A stretch of DNA of 64,000 bases from Trueperaceae bacterium. GTDB lineage: Bacteria > Deinococcota > Deinococci > Deinococcales > Trueperaceae. Shown here piece by piece: positions 1 through 9,437 of the stretch. The stretch is taken from contig JAXHLW010000013.1 in assembly GCA_034521815.1 (NCBI GenBank), positions 448,001 through 512,000 on the forward strand, written 5' to 3'. Every line of letters begins with the position of its first letter. The stretch's first letter is position 1. The translations under genes were made by a program, and so were the position numbers. The notes beneath the pieces were generated by a model, which worked only from the letters and a program-made list of their open reading frames with translations, searched no databases and was not told the DNA's origin.

Positions 1-1
1 G

Positions 2-196
2 GAGCCGTCGGGCTTCACCGAGCGGATCGAACGGTTCGCGCCCGACGCGCTGGTGTTCGGGCACGTTCACGGTGGACGGCAGCAGGTGGTGTCCGAGGTC
101 GACCACGTCCGCGTCCTGTTCGTCGCGGCGGACGCGGTCCGGTTTCGACCGGTGGTGGTGTTCGGCGCCGGCGAGGGGACCAAGGCGACGGACTGA
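2..196 (+). CDS. metallophosphoesterase, C-terminal fragment (gene starts upstream of the window)
   Basis: Frame 2 reads EPSGFTERIERFAPDALVFGHVHGG...VAADAVRFRP, TGA 194-196. GHxH is the last calcineurin-like metal motif. Confidence 0.6.
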   Translation, partial: EPSGFTERIERFAPDALVFGHVHGGRQQVVSEVDHVRVLFVAADAVRFRPVVVFGAGEGTKATD

Positions 197-252
197 CCGG
201 CGAGCGGTGCGAAGCGAACCTCGGGAAAACCTTGGGGACCGTGCCGGGGCGT

Positions 253-678
253 CTACGCGCCGGGAGCGTCGCTGCCGTGCTCCTGCGGCTCGTGCGAGCC
301 GTTCGTCGCATCGGCCAGCGGCCGGGTGGCGTCGTCTCCCGTAAGGCGGTGGTAGGCGGTGATCGCGTCCTGGCCTCGATGCCAGACGAGGTGCACGACC
401 TCGCCGTCGACGCGGCTGGGGAACTCGACCACGCCGGTCGAAAGGTCCGGTACCTGCACCCCGAGGCGCTCCACCTCGCGGCGGGCGCCGTGGGCGGCGT
501 TCAGCACGAACGCGAGCTCTTGACGTACGGAAAGCGCCTCGACCGAGCCTTGGCGGACGTTCGATGCGCGGGCTTGGACCTCTTCGAGGTCGCTCAGGGC
601 CAGTTGAAGCTCGGCGAGTCGGGCGTCCACGATCGGGAGCATCCGCGTGGCGCCCTCGAGCGAGAATAGTTTGAACAC
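253..678 (-). CDS. DUF2203-family protein
   Basis: KLFSLEGATRMLP...GVQVPDLSTGVVEFPS..VHLVWHRGQDAITAYH pattern. GGAGGT SD before the GTG at 678. Confidence 0.75.
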   Translation of the reverse strand: MFKLFSLEGATRMLPIVDARLAELQLALSDLEEVQARASNVRQGSVEALSVRQELAFVLNAAHGARREVERLGVQVPDLSTGVVEFPSRVDGEVVHLVWHRGQDAITAYHRLTGDDATRPLADATNGSHEPQEHGSDAPGA

Positions 679-749
679 GAGGTTCACCTCCGACTACCGT
701 CAGGATACGCCATGGGCGGACGACTCGGCGTGAGCCGTCGCACATAAAA

Positions 750-770
750 CTTGAGCCGCAGAAACTCAAG
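750..770. promoter_or_regulatory. HAIR-like inverted repeat (candidate HspR operator)
   Basis: CTTGAGC-cgcagaa-ACTCAAG versus the HAIR consensus CTTGAGT-N7-ACTCAAG, one mismatch. Confidence 0.6.
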
Positions 771-856
771 TCGGCGGGCCTGCGTCGCTCCGAGGCGCTT
801 GGTAGACTCGAACATTGGGCTGAACGCAGAGGCCGGGCGCTCGCGTGCCCGGCCGC

Positions 857-921
857 GACGCTCGCACCTTACGCTCGCCCCCTACGCTCGCCCCCTACGC
901 TCGCGCCCTACGCTCGTACCC
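857..921 (+). repeat. 13-nt tandem repeat x5 (TACGCTCGCCCCC)
   Basis: Units start at 857, 870, 883, 896 and 909; four begin with TACGCT. Confidence 0.9.
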
Positions 922-944
922 CATGCACCGAGAGGACGGCCCCC

Positions 945-2146
<1,202 letters not shown>

Positions 2147-2150
<4 letters not shown>

Positions 2151-3034
2151 GGACGCTGGGGATCGATCTGGGCGGGACCAAGATCGCCACGGCCGTGGTC
2201 GAGGACGGCGTGATCAAAGCCCGTGAACGGGTGGCGACGCCGCAGACGGGCTTCGCAGACGTGCTCGCCGCGATGGCCGAGACCGCGGATCGACTGCTCG
2301 AGAGCCAGGGGCCGGTCCACGCGATCGGTGTAGGTTCGCCCGGGCCGCTGGACCTGGCGACCGGCACGATCCTGTTCGCGCCGAACATTCCGGGCATGGA
2401 GAACGCGCCGCTGGCCGCCGGTCTTAGGGACCGACTCGGACGCCCGGTGATCCTCGAGAACGACGCGAACGCGGCGGGCTACGCCGAGCACCTCTACGGC
2501 GCGGCGCGCGACCTCGAGTCCAGCGTGTACGTGACCATCTCGACCGGGATCGGCGGGGGACTGTTCGTCGGCGACCGGGTGATTCGAGGCGCGAACGGCG
2601 TCGCCGGCGAGATCGGGCACATGACGGTCCTGCCTGGCGGCCCGGTGGGAGGCGACGGCACGGACGGCTCGCTCGAGGCGATCGCGGCGGGCCGGTCGAT
2701 CGCGCGGGACGGAACGTACGTGTTCGGTCGCTCGGTGTCGACCGAAGAGGTGTTCGCCCTGGCCCAAGACGGCGACGAGAAGGCGCTGAGGATCGTGGAC
2801 AACGCTGCGCGGTTCACCGGCATCGGCCTCGCGAACCTGGTCAAGATCTTCGATCCCGAAGGGTTCGTGATCGGCGGGGGGATGAGCCAGGTCGGCCCGT
2901 TCTACCTCGACCGGATCGTCGCCGCCACCCGTGCGTACCTGCCGGGCTGGCCGATGCCGGCGCTCCTGCCGGCGCGGCTCGGGACCGATGCTGGCGTGAT
3001 CGGCGCCGCCGCCGTCGCGGCGCACGAAGGCTGA
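2147..3034 (+). CDS. ROK-family sugar kinase (probable glucokinase)
   Basis: GIDLGGTK, ENDANAA, TGIGGG, GEIGH. ATGA overlap with ackA. Confidence 0.9.
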
Positions 3035-3040
3035 GTCGGC

Positions 3041-3565
3041 GTGGAGCTTCTGCTGTCCGCGGCGTCGATCTTCCTGCTGCGGATCGCCGACGTATCGATC
3101 GGAACGCTTCGGATCGGGTTCCTGGTGCGGGGCCGTTCCGGCGTCGCCGGAGCGCTGAGCTTCGTCGAGAGCCTGGTCTGGCTCGCGGCCGCAGCGCAGG
3201 TGCTGGCGAACCTCGACAGCCCCCCGAAGTTCCTGGCGTACGCCGGTGGGTACGCCGCGGGCACGATGCTCGGCGTGCATATCGAGCGCTGGATCGCGGT
3301 GGGCGACGTGGTGATGCGGATCATCGCCCCGGTCGCCAGCCCCTCGGGAGCCGGCGCGCTCCGCGAGGCGGGCTACATCGTGACCGAGATGAACGCCGAG
3401 GGTCGCGACGGAAGCGTCCGCATCAGCTTCTCGGTCCTGCCACGGCGGCGTGTGGCCGAGGCGTTGGCACTGGTCAAGGAGGTGAACCCCGAAGCGTTCG
3501 TCGCGTTCGAAGGCACCACGCCGATGCGCCTGACCGCGTTTCCCGCGGCACGGATCAGGAAGTGA
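3041..3565 (+). CDS. DUF2179/DUF5698 (UPF0316) membrane protein
   Basis: RIADVSIGTLR, FVESLVWL, AYAGGYAAGTMLG, followed by a soluble C-terminal domain. Confidence 0.8.
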   Translation: MELLLSAASIFLLRIADVSIGTLRIGFLVRGRSGVAGALSFVESLVWLAAAAQVLANLDSPPKFLAYAGGYAAGTMLGVHIERWIAVGDVVMRIIAPVASPSGAGALREAGYIVTEMNAEGRDGSVRISFSVLPRRRVAEALALVKEVNPEAFVAFEGTTPMRLTAFPAARIRK

Positions 3566-3575
3566 CGGCTCCGAC

Positions 3576-4268
3576 TCAGCGTGCCGCGCGGTACGGACGG
3601 TTGTAGTACGCCTCGAGCCGGTTGACGCCCAGCGACGCCATGTTGCTGAGCACCAGGTAGACCATCGCGATGCCGATGTAGACCGGGAACGGGCGGAAGG
3701 TTCGGGCCACGACGTTGTCGGCCTGGAACAGCAGATCCTGGACGCTGATGACCGTGACCAGGGTGGAGTCCTTGATCAGCGAGATGAACTGGTTGCCCAG
3801 TGCCGGGACGGCGTTGCGGATCGCCTGGGGAAGCTGAATGAAGCGGAAGTTCTGGAACCTGTTCAGCCCCAGCACCTGAGCGGCCTCGAGCTGTCCCTTG
3901 GGGACCGAGGCGAACGCGCCCCGAATGATCTCGGAGAAGTACGCTCCGGCGTACAGGCTCATCCCGGTCGTCCCCGCCTGGAACGCGCTGTCCCACTGGA
4001 AGAACGGCAGCGTGGGCAGTCCGAACCAGAGGATGAACAGCTGAACGAGCAGCGGGGTGCCGCGAAAGAACTCGACGTACGCGACCGCCACGATGCGGAG
4101 GGGCAGGATGCCCGACATTCGTCCCAGCGCGGCGAACAGGCCGAGGAGAAGCCCGAAGACGCCTGCGAGAAGCGTGACTGCCGCGGTGATCTGCGTACCC
4201 TCCCAGAGGCGGCCCAGGACGGTCGGTGTGAACACGTTCGTGAAAAGGTCCTGAAAATACCCGATCAT
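3576..4268 (-). CDS. polar amino acid ABC transporter permease
   Basis: FRGTPLLVQL, EAA motif SEIIRGAFASVPKGQLEAA, LIKDSTL. Confidence 0.93.
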   Translation of the reverse strand: MIGYFQDLFTNVFTPTVLGRLWEGTQITAAVTLLAGVFGLLLGLFAALGRMSGILPLRIVAVAYVEFFRGTPLLVQLFILWFGLPTLPFFQWDSAFQAGTTGMSLYAGAYFSEIIRGAFASVPKGQLEAAQVLGLNRFQNFRFIQLPQAIRNAVPALGNQFISLIKDSTLVTVISVQDLLFQADNVVARTFRPFPVYIGIAMVYLVLSNMASLGVNRLEAYYNRPYRAAR

Positions 4269-4285
4269 GGTGGCCTCCTACGAAG

Positions 4286-4314
4286 GCGCGGCCGGCCTAT
4301 GTGGCCGGCCGCGC
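4286..4314. terminator. 12-bp GC hairpin between the binding-protein and permease genes (stabiliser or partial terminator)
   Basis: GCGCGGCCGGCC-tatgt-GGCCGGCCGCGC; no U-tract. Confidence 0.55.
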
Positions 4315-4338
4315 GAGGGTCCAGGGACGAGTGGAGCT

Positions 4339-5127
4339 TTACTGGTTGGGCGGGGTGACGATGTCGCCACCGATCCAGCGCTCGCTGATGACTTGAAGAA
4401 CACCGTTCTCGTACAGTTCGTCGAGCGCAAGTTCGAGCAACCGCTTGTAGCCAGGCTGACCGTTGGCGATCGTGATCCAGGCGTTCTCTTCGAACACCAG
4501 GCCGCTGATCGACTTCATCTTCATGCCGGACGTCGCGAACGCCTGGTTCCCGACGATCGGGTTCGTGAAGATCGCGTCGGCCTGACCGGAACGGATCGCC
4601 TGCAGCGAGGTCGGAACGTCCGCGTAGGTGGCGGTGTTGTCCGAGTAGCCGTTGTCCTCGAGCCACTGCTGGTTCGTGCCCCCACGGTCGACCGCGATGG
4701 TGCCGCCATCGGCGAGCAGCGCTTCGTAGTCGTCGTACTCGCTGTCGGCGGGGGCGAAGAACTGGCCGCCGCCGTAGTAGTACGGCATATCCAGGAAGGT
4801 CACGGCCTCCGCACGCTCGGGCGTCCGGGCGTGCGAGGCGACCGACGCGTCGAAGCGGCCGGTGCTCACGCCGGCGATGATGCCGCTGAACTGGGCCTGG
4901 ACGATTTCGACCTCGACGCCGAGCTCCTCGGCGAGGGCGGCCGCGACGTCCGCGTCGAAGCCTTCCATCGAGCCGTCTTCGGCGGGCATCGAGAACGGCG
5001 GGTAGCCGCCCGACATGGCGACGGTCAACACGCCATCGTCGATGGGGGTCTGGGCCGCGACGGTGCCGAGGGCCAGAAGCAAAGCGGTGGTCAGTGCGGT
5101 GAGGACGGTACGAATCTTCATGTTCAT
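4339..5127 (-). CDS. polar amino acid ABC transporter substrate-binding protein (family 3)
   Basis: Signal peptide; YPPFS, GFDADV, TPER motifs; AAGGAG SD. Confidence 0.93.
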   Translation of the reverse strand: MNMKIRTVLTALTTALLLALGTVAAQTPIDDGVLTVAMSGGYPPFSMPAEDGSMEGFDADVAAALAEELGVEVEIVQAQFSGIIAGVSTGRFDASVASHARTPERAEAVTFLDMPYYYGGGQFFAPADSEYDDYEALLADGGTIAVDRGGTNQQWLEDNGYSDNTATYADVPTSLQAIRSGQADAIFTNPIVGNQAFATSGMKMKSISGLVFEENAWITIANGQPGYKRLLELALDELYENGVLQVISERWIGGDIVTPPNQ

Positions 5128-5150
5128 GCGGTCTCCTTACGTTCCAGAGC

Positions 5151-5170
5151 GTTCTTGCGGGTTCTTGCGG
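5151..5170 (+). repeat. 10-nt tandem duplication (GTTCTTGCGG x2)
   Basis: Perfect adjacent duplication in the binding-protein 5' leader. Confidence 0.8.
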
Positions 5171-5293
5171 ATGGGTCGGCTCGACCCGATGTCGACGTGC
5201 GAGGCTCGTTCCGCGCACGTCGAACTCGTGCTGACCCCGTCCGACGAGATCGGTGCGGATGACGGGACGCGGGGTGCACGAGCAGCGAATAAA

Positions 5294-5322
5294 TGCATAC
5301 CATCGCAAGGAGGCGGCGTCAA
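5294..5322 (-). promoter_or_regulatory. sigma70-like promoter for the amino-acid ABC genes
   Basis: TTGACG-N17-TATGCA with a TG extension; the -10 is imperfect. Confidence 0.5.
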
Positions 5323-5471
5323 ACGGCGCCCCACTCCGGATTGCACGTCGCGGACGACCCCGATGTGACCGAGATTGCATAGGGGAAGCGCAGCGCATGG
5401 CACACTTCAAAGCGAATGTGTGCCGCAATCGTGCGGCGATCCAGAACCATCCGTTCCCACGAAGGGACTTC

Positions 5472-5942
5472 ATGACAACCACCACACCCCTCGCCCTGAC
5501 GAGCTTTCGCTTCGTCAGCGACGACGAGCGTGCCCAGTTTCGAGACGAGCGTCTCGACGACGTCGCTCGATTTCTCCATCAGCACCTCGGACCGTACGGC
5601 GATCCGATCGATCAGATCCGGGCCTGCCTTCTCCGCGCCGCCGGAGACGGACCCCGCGACGGCGGCACCGTGACCTTGGCCGAGAGCGACGACGAGATCG
5701 TCGGCGTGGTCGTCACGAACGCCACCCACATGAGCGGCTACACGCCCGAGAACCTCCTGGTGTACGTCGCGACGCACGAATCGCATCGCGGACGCGGTAT
5801 CGGACGCGCCGTCATGGAACGTGCGATCGCCGATGTCGACGGCTCGGTCGCGCTGCACGTCGAGCCCGACAACCCCGCCGCCAAGCTGTACGCCCGTCTC
5901 GGGTTCACGAACAAGTACCTCGAGATGCGCCTCCACCGCTGA
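5472..5942 (+). CDS. GNAT-family N-acetyltransferase
   Basis: VYVATHESHRGRGIG (motif A), LHVEPDNPAAKLYARLGF (motif B). Confidence 0.92.
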   Translation: MTTTTPLALTSFRFVSDDERAQFRDERLDDVARFLHQHLGPYGDPIDQIRACLLRAAGDGPRDGGTVTLAESDDEIVGVVVTNATHMSGYTPENLLVYVATHESHRGRGIGRAVMERAIADVDGSVALHVEPDNPAAKLYARLGFTNKYLEMRLHR

Positions 5943-5943
5943 G

Positions 5944-7143
5944 ATGGCGACGCTGCGAATGAACCGCGACGCCCTGAGGCACAACTACGCCGAGCTCGAA
6001 CGCCGCCTCGCCGGGCACGGGATCCAATACGGTCTCGTCGTCAAGCTGCTCTGCGGCAACGAGCGACTGCTGCAGGAGGTGCTGGACCTCGGACCGCGCG
6101 AGGTGATGGACGCCCGCACCGGAAACCTGAAGGCCGTCCGTGCCCTCGATCCCGACGTCCGCACCGTGTACATCAAGCCGCCCGCGCCAGGCAATGCCGA
6201 CGAGGTCGTGCGTTGGGCGCACGCCAGCTTCAACACCGAGATCGACACGCTTCGTGCCCTCGACGACGCCGCCGCAGAGCAGGGCGTTCGTCATGGCGTC
6301 GTCGTGATGGTCGAGATGGGCGACCTCCGCGAAGGCGTCGTGCGCGAGCGGCTGCTCGAGTTCGTGGGCCGCGCGCTGCGCTTCGAGAACCTCAAGATCG
6401 AGGGCCTCGGAACGAACTTCAACTGCCTGAACGGCACGATGCCCAGCGAAGACAAGCTCTGGCAGCTGGCTCTGTTCCGCGAGCTGATCGAGCTCCGCTA
6501 CGGCGTCACCCTCGCCTGGGTCTCGGGCGGAAGCAGCGTGGCGCTCCCGATGCTGTTCGACGGCCGCGTGCCTCCCGCGGTGAACCACTTCCGGATCGGC
6601 GAGACGCTGTTCTTCGGTCGCGATCTACGCGACGGCAAGACCTTCGACGGCATGCGCGACGACGTGTTCGAGCTCGCAGCCGAGGTCATCGAGGTCGCCG
6701 AGAAGCCCAGCGAGCCTTCGGGTCCGTTCGGGGAAGACCCGTTCGGCGATCGCCGCGAGGACGCCCCGACGGGTCCTGCCGAAACGGCTCGCCGCGCCAT
6801 CCTCGACGTCGGTTGGCTCGACATCGATCCCGAGTTCCTCGCCTCCGCCGACGACGGCGTCGAGATCGTCGACGTGTCGAGCGACATGACGGTCGTGGAC
6901 GTCGGATCGAGGACCACGCCGACCCGTGTCGGCGATCGCTTGCGGTTCCGCCTCCGCTACATGGGCGCCCTCAAGCTGCTCAACTCGGACTACATCGACA
7001 AGATCGTGGTCGACGACGACGATCGGACGCTGCCTGCGCCGATCGCTCCGGCGGTGACCGCGGAGGCCCCGAGCTCGGCGGACTCCGGCGAGGACGACGC
7101 GGAGCCCGGCCCCGAGGCGGACGCGGTGAGGTCGGGCAGCTGA
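5944..7143 (+). CDS. alanine/ornithine racemase-family PLP enzyme (Orr-like)
   Basis: PLP Lys in VVKLLCG; MVEMGDLREG, GLGTNFNC, SGGSS, FRIGE, SSDMTV. Confidence 0.85.
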   Translation: MATLRMNRDALRHNYAELERRLAGHGIQYGLVVKLLCGNERLLQEVLDLGPREVMDARTGNLKAVRALDPDVRTVYIKPPAPGNADEVVRWAHASFNTEIDTLRALDDAAAEQGVRHGVVVMVEMGDLREGVVRERLLEFVGRALRFENLKIEGLGTNFNCLNGTMPSEDKLWQLALFRELIELRYGVTLAWVSGGSSVALPMLFDGRVPPAVNHFRIGETLFFGRDLRDGKTFDGMRDDVFELAAEVIEVAEKPSEPSGPFGEDPFGDRREDAPTGPAETARRAILDVGWLDIDPEFLASADDGVEIVDVSSDMTVVDVGSRTTPTRVGDRLRFRLRYMGALKLLNSDYIDKIVVDDDDRTLPAPIAPAVTAEAPSSADSGEDDAEPGPEADAVRSGS

Positions 7144-7181
7144 TCTCGCTCGCACCGACCACGGTCGGTCCCTGAAGGTCG

Positions 7182-7226
7182 TCCGTCCCTGACGACTCCG
7201 TCCCTGACGACTCCGTCCCTGACGAC
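7182..7226 (+). repeat. 15-nt tandem repeat x3 (TCCGTCCCTGACGAC)
   Basis: Three perfect units, plus a degenerate unit at 7165. Confidence 0.95.
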
Positions 7227-7295
7227 GAGGCGCCCCGATCGAGATTCCGATCCGGGCGCTTTCCGTGTTCGACCTTCGGTGCGCGGCCTTCCGTG

Positions 7296-7949
7296 TCAGG
7301 CGCTCGTGGCGGGTGATGGACGCGTGGCAGGAAGCGCGACGCGCGTCACCCGTCCGTCGGGCAGGGCGCGCACCTCGCGCGGCCCGCCCAGCGCCTCGGC
7401 GATGCGCCTGGCCAGGGCCGGCTCGGCTGGGCCATCGCCGGCGGCGTGCACGATGATCGGCCGAGCTTCGAGCGCGACCGTGCCGGTCGCGCGAAGCCGG
7501 CGGGTCACGGCGTCGTCGCTCCACGCCTCGCCCCAGATCGTGCGCAGCGCCAGCAGGGCAGGGCGCCCCCGCGACGCGCGATGGCCGGCCGCCCCCGGCC
7601 TGCGCACCTCCAGGCGCTCCCCCAGCGGCCGGGTCGCCTCGTAGAACGCGTCCACCCAATCGTCGAGCAACACGTGCGACGCCACCAAAGCCCGAGCGCG
7701 TGGGGCGATCTCGTCGACGTCGTCTTCGTCCGGATCGGTGGAGGCGACCTCGGCGAAGAGCGCCGTCAGCCGGGGTGGAAGGTGGTTCAGGCGGTAGAAG
7801 GTCTCCTCGGCCGCCGCCGGGATCCACACCCGCTCCGCCAGCGGAACCACGCCGACGAGATCGGCGAGGTCGGCCGGCTCGCCGGGCCACGCCGGTGGCG
7901 GCCCGTCGCTGGGGGCCCAAGGAACGTCGCTACCGAGCGGACCGGTCAT
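7296..7949 (-). CDS. hypothetical protein resembling a degenerate PEP-synthase/PPDK N-terminal domain
   Basis: Leaderless start TATGCT-N8-ATG. Helical pattern resembles the PpsA N-domain, but the VRSS..ED..SFAGQ motif is absent. Confidence 0.65.
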   Translation of the reverse strand: MTGPLGSDVPWAPSDGPPPAWPGEPADLADLVGVVPLAERVWIPAAAEETFYRLNHLPPRLTALFAEVASTDPDEDDVDEIAPRARALVASHVLLDDWVDAFYEATRPLGERLEVRRPGAAGHRASRGRPALLALRTIWGEAWSDDAVTRRLRATGTVALEARPIIVHAAGDGPAEPALARRIAEALGGPREVRALPDGRVTRVALPATRPSPATSA

Positions 7950-8009
7950 GAAGCCGAAGCATACCAGGCGAGATCACGAGTTTTGGGACGGCGTGGTAGC
8001 CTTCCAGGC

Positions 8010-9311
8010 GTGAACGAAGCGCCTCGTACGCGTGAATCGCGTCGCCTGGTCCGACTCGCCGTGGCATCGGCGTGGCTGGTCGTGCTGGCCGTCGCCGTCA
8101 CGACCGTGCTCGCGGCGCGCGACTACTTCATGGTGAGCGAGGCGCGAAGTCCCGATCTCGTCGGATTGCCGCTGGCGGAGGCCGAGCGCAGCGTGCAACG
8201 CCTCGGGCTGGAGCTTCGCAGCTATCCCGTTCCCGCTCGCGGCGTGGCTGCGGACGTCGTCGTCGAGCAGGCGCCGCCCGCCGGTACGGTCGTCCGCTCC
8301 GGGCGGATCGTCAGCGTGGGCGTTCACGTTCCGGCCGAGGCGGACCGGATGCCGGCCCTCGTCGGCGTGACGGAGCAGGACGCTCTGGCCTCGCTTCGTG
8401 GTCTGTCCCTGCCGGCGCCGGACATCAGCTACCTCGCGTCCGATCGTCCAGCGGGCCGGGTCGTCGAGCAAGACCCGCCCGCGGGCAGCAGCGTCGCTCC
8501 GACCGACCGGGTACGGCTCACGGTCGCCAGGGGGGCGTCGGCCGCCCAGGTCGAGATTCCCGATCTGACCGGACTGGCCGTGGAGTCGGCGCGCGCCCAG
8601 CTCACCGCGCTGGGTGTGCGCCGAGTCGAAACGGTGCCCGTCGGCGTCTCCATGTTGCGGCCGGGGACGGTGACGCAACAGCGGCCGGCGCCCGGCACCG
8701 TCGTCGGCGTCGGTCAGCCCGTGCTTCTGGGCTTCGCCCTGGAGGGGAGCCGGGTGACGCGCGTGCCGGTCGTCGAGGGGATGGAGACGTGGCGGGCGCG
8801 GGTCGCCCTACGGTCGGCCGGGCTGGAGCTCGGCCCGGTCGAGACGGTCCAGCGCGACGATATTCCCGCCGGCGTCGTCGAGGCGCGACCGTCGGGCCTG
8901 ACCGTCGCGGGTGCTCCGGTCGTGTTGGTCGTCAACGCGCCCGACGGGCGGCCCGTCGATCTGGGCGACGCGGGCGTCCTCGGTCGGGACGAAACCGGTC
9001 GAGATGGGATCTACCGCGGACCGATCGGCGGCGACGGCAGCGAGGAGGACGGGGGCGGGCCCCGCGCCGAGACCGAGGAGGGACGACTGGTTCCGTTCCG
9101 ATTCGACCCGAACCAGCTGGGCGTATCCAGCCTGATCGAGCGAGACTACGAGCTGCGCCTGGTGGTGCGGGACGACCGGGGCGAGCGCACCGTCGTCGAT
9201 CGACAGGTCGCGGCCGGCGAGACGGTCCGGACGACCGTCGTCGTTCACGGCGACGAGCCTCTCCTCCAAACCTACGTCAACGGGGTGTTCTTCCAGGCTT
9301 GGAGGCCTTGA
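8010..9311 (+). CDS. membrane-anchored multi-PASTA-domain protein (no kinase domain)
   Basis: N-terminal TM helix; four PDLVG/PALVG/PDLTG/PVVEG repeats with Q.P..G motifs; TAGCCT-N7-GTG. Confidence 0.88.
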   Translation: MNEAPRTRESRRLVRLAVASAWLVVLAVAVTTVLAARDYFMVSEARSPDLVGLPLAEAERSVQRLGLELRSYPVPARGVAADVVVEQAPPAGTVVRSGRIVSVGVHVPAEADRMPALVGVTEQDALASLRGLSLPAPDISYLASDRPAGRVVEQDPPAGSSVAPTDRVRLTVARGASAAQVEIPDLTGLAVESARAQLTALGVRRVETVPVGVSMLRPGTVTQQRPAPGTVVGVGQPVLLGFALEGSRVTRVPVVEGMETWRARVALRSAGLELGPVETVQRDDIPAGVVEARPSGLTVAGAPVVLVVNAPDGRPVDLGDAGVLGRDETGRDGIYRGPIGGDGSEEDGGGPRAETEEGRLVPFRFDPNQLGVSSLIERDYELRLVVRDDRGERTVVDRQVAAGETVRTTVVVHGDEPLLQTYVNGVFFQAWRP

Positions 9312-9340
9312 GTTGGAGGCCTTGAGTTGAAGGCCGTGAG
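9299..9340 (+). repeat. 14-nt tandem repeat x3 (TTGGAGGCCTTGAG) spanning the stop codon
   Basis: Two perfect units and one decayed unit; the first holds TGA 9309-9311. Confidence 0.9.
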
Positions 9341-9437
9341 GCCGACGAGTTGAGGATTTCGCAGCCCCGAGGCCACGTTCTAGGCAGACTACGGCGTACC
9401 GGTCCACCGAGACCGCGCGTCCATGGAGGAGGCACCG

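Noticed and set aside
5124-5303. 59-codon uORF overlapping the binding-protein start
   Set aside because: Its ATG lies inside the predicted promoter, it has no SD, and its codon usage is atypical.
5398-5424. Sigma54 promoter at TGGCAC
   Set aside because: No TTGC at the -12 position; better explained as an inverted repeat.
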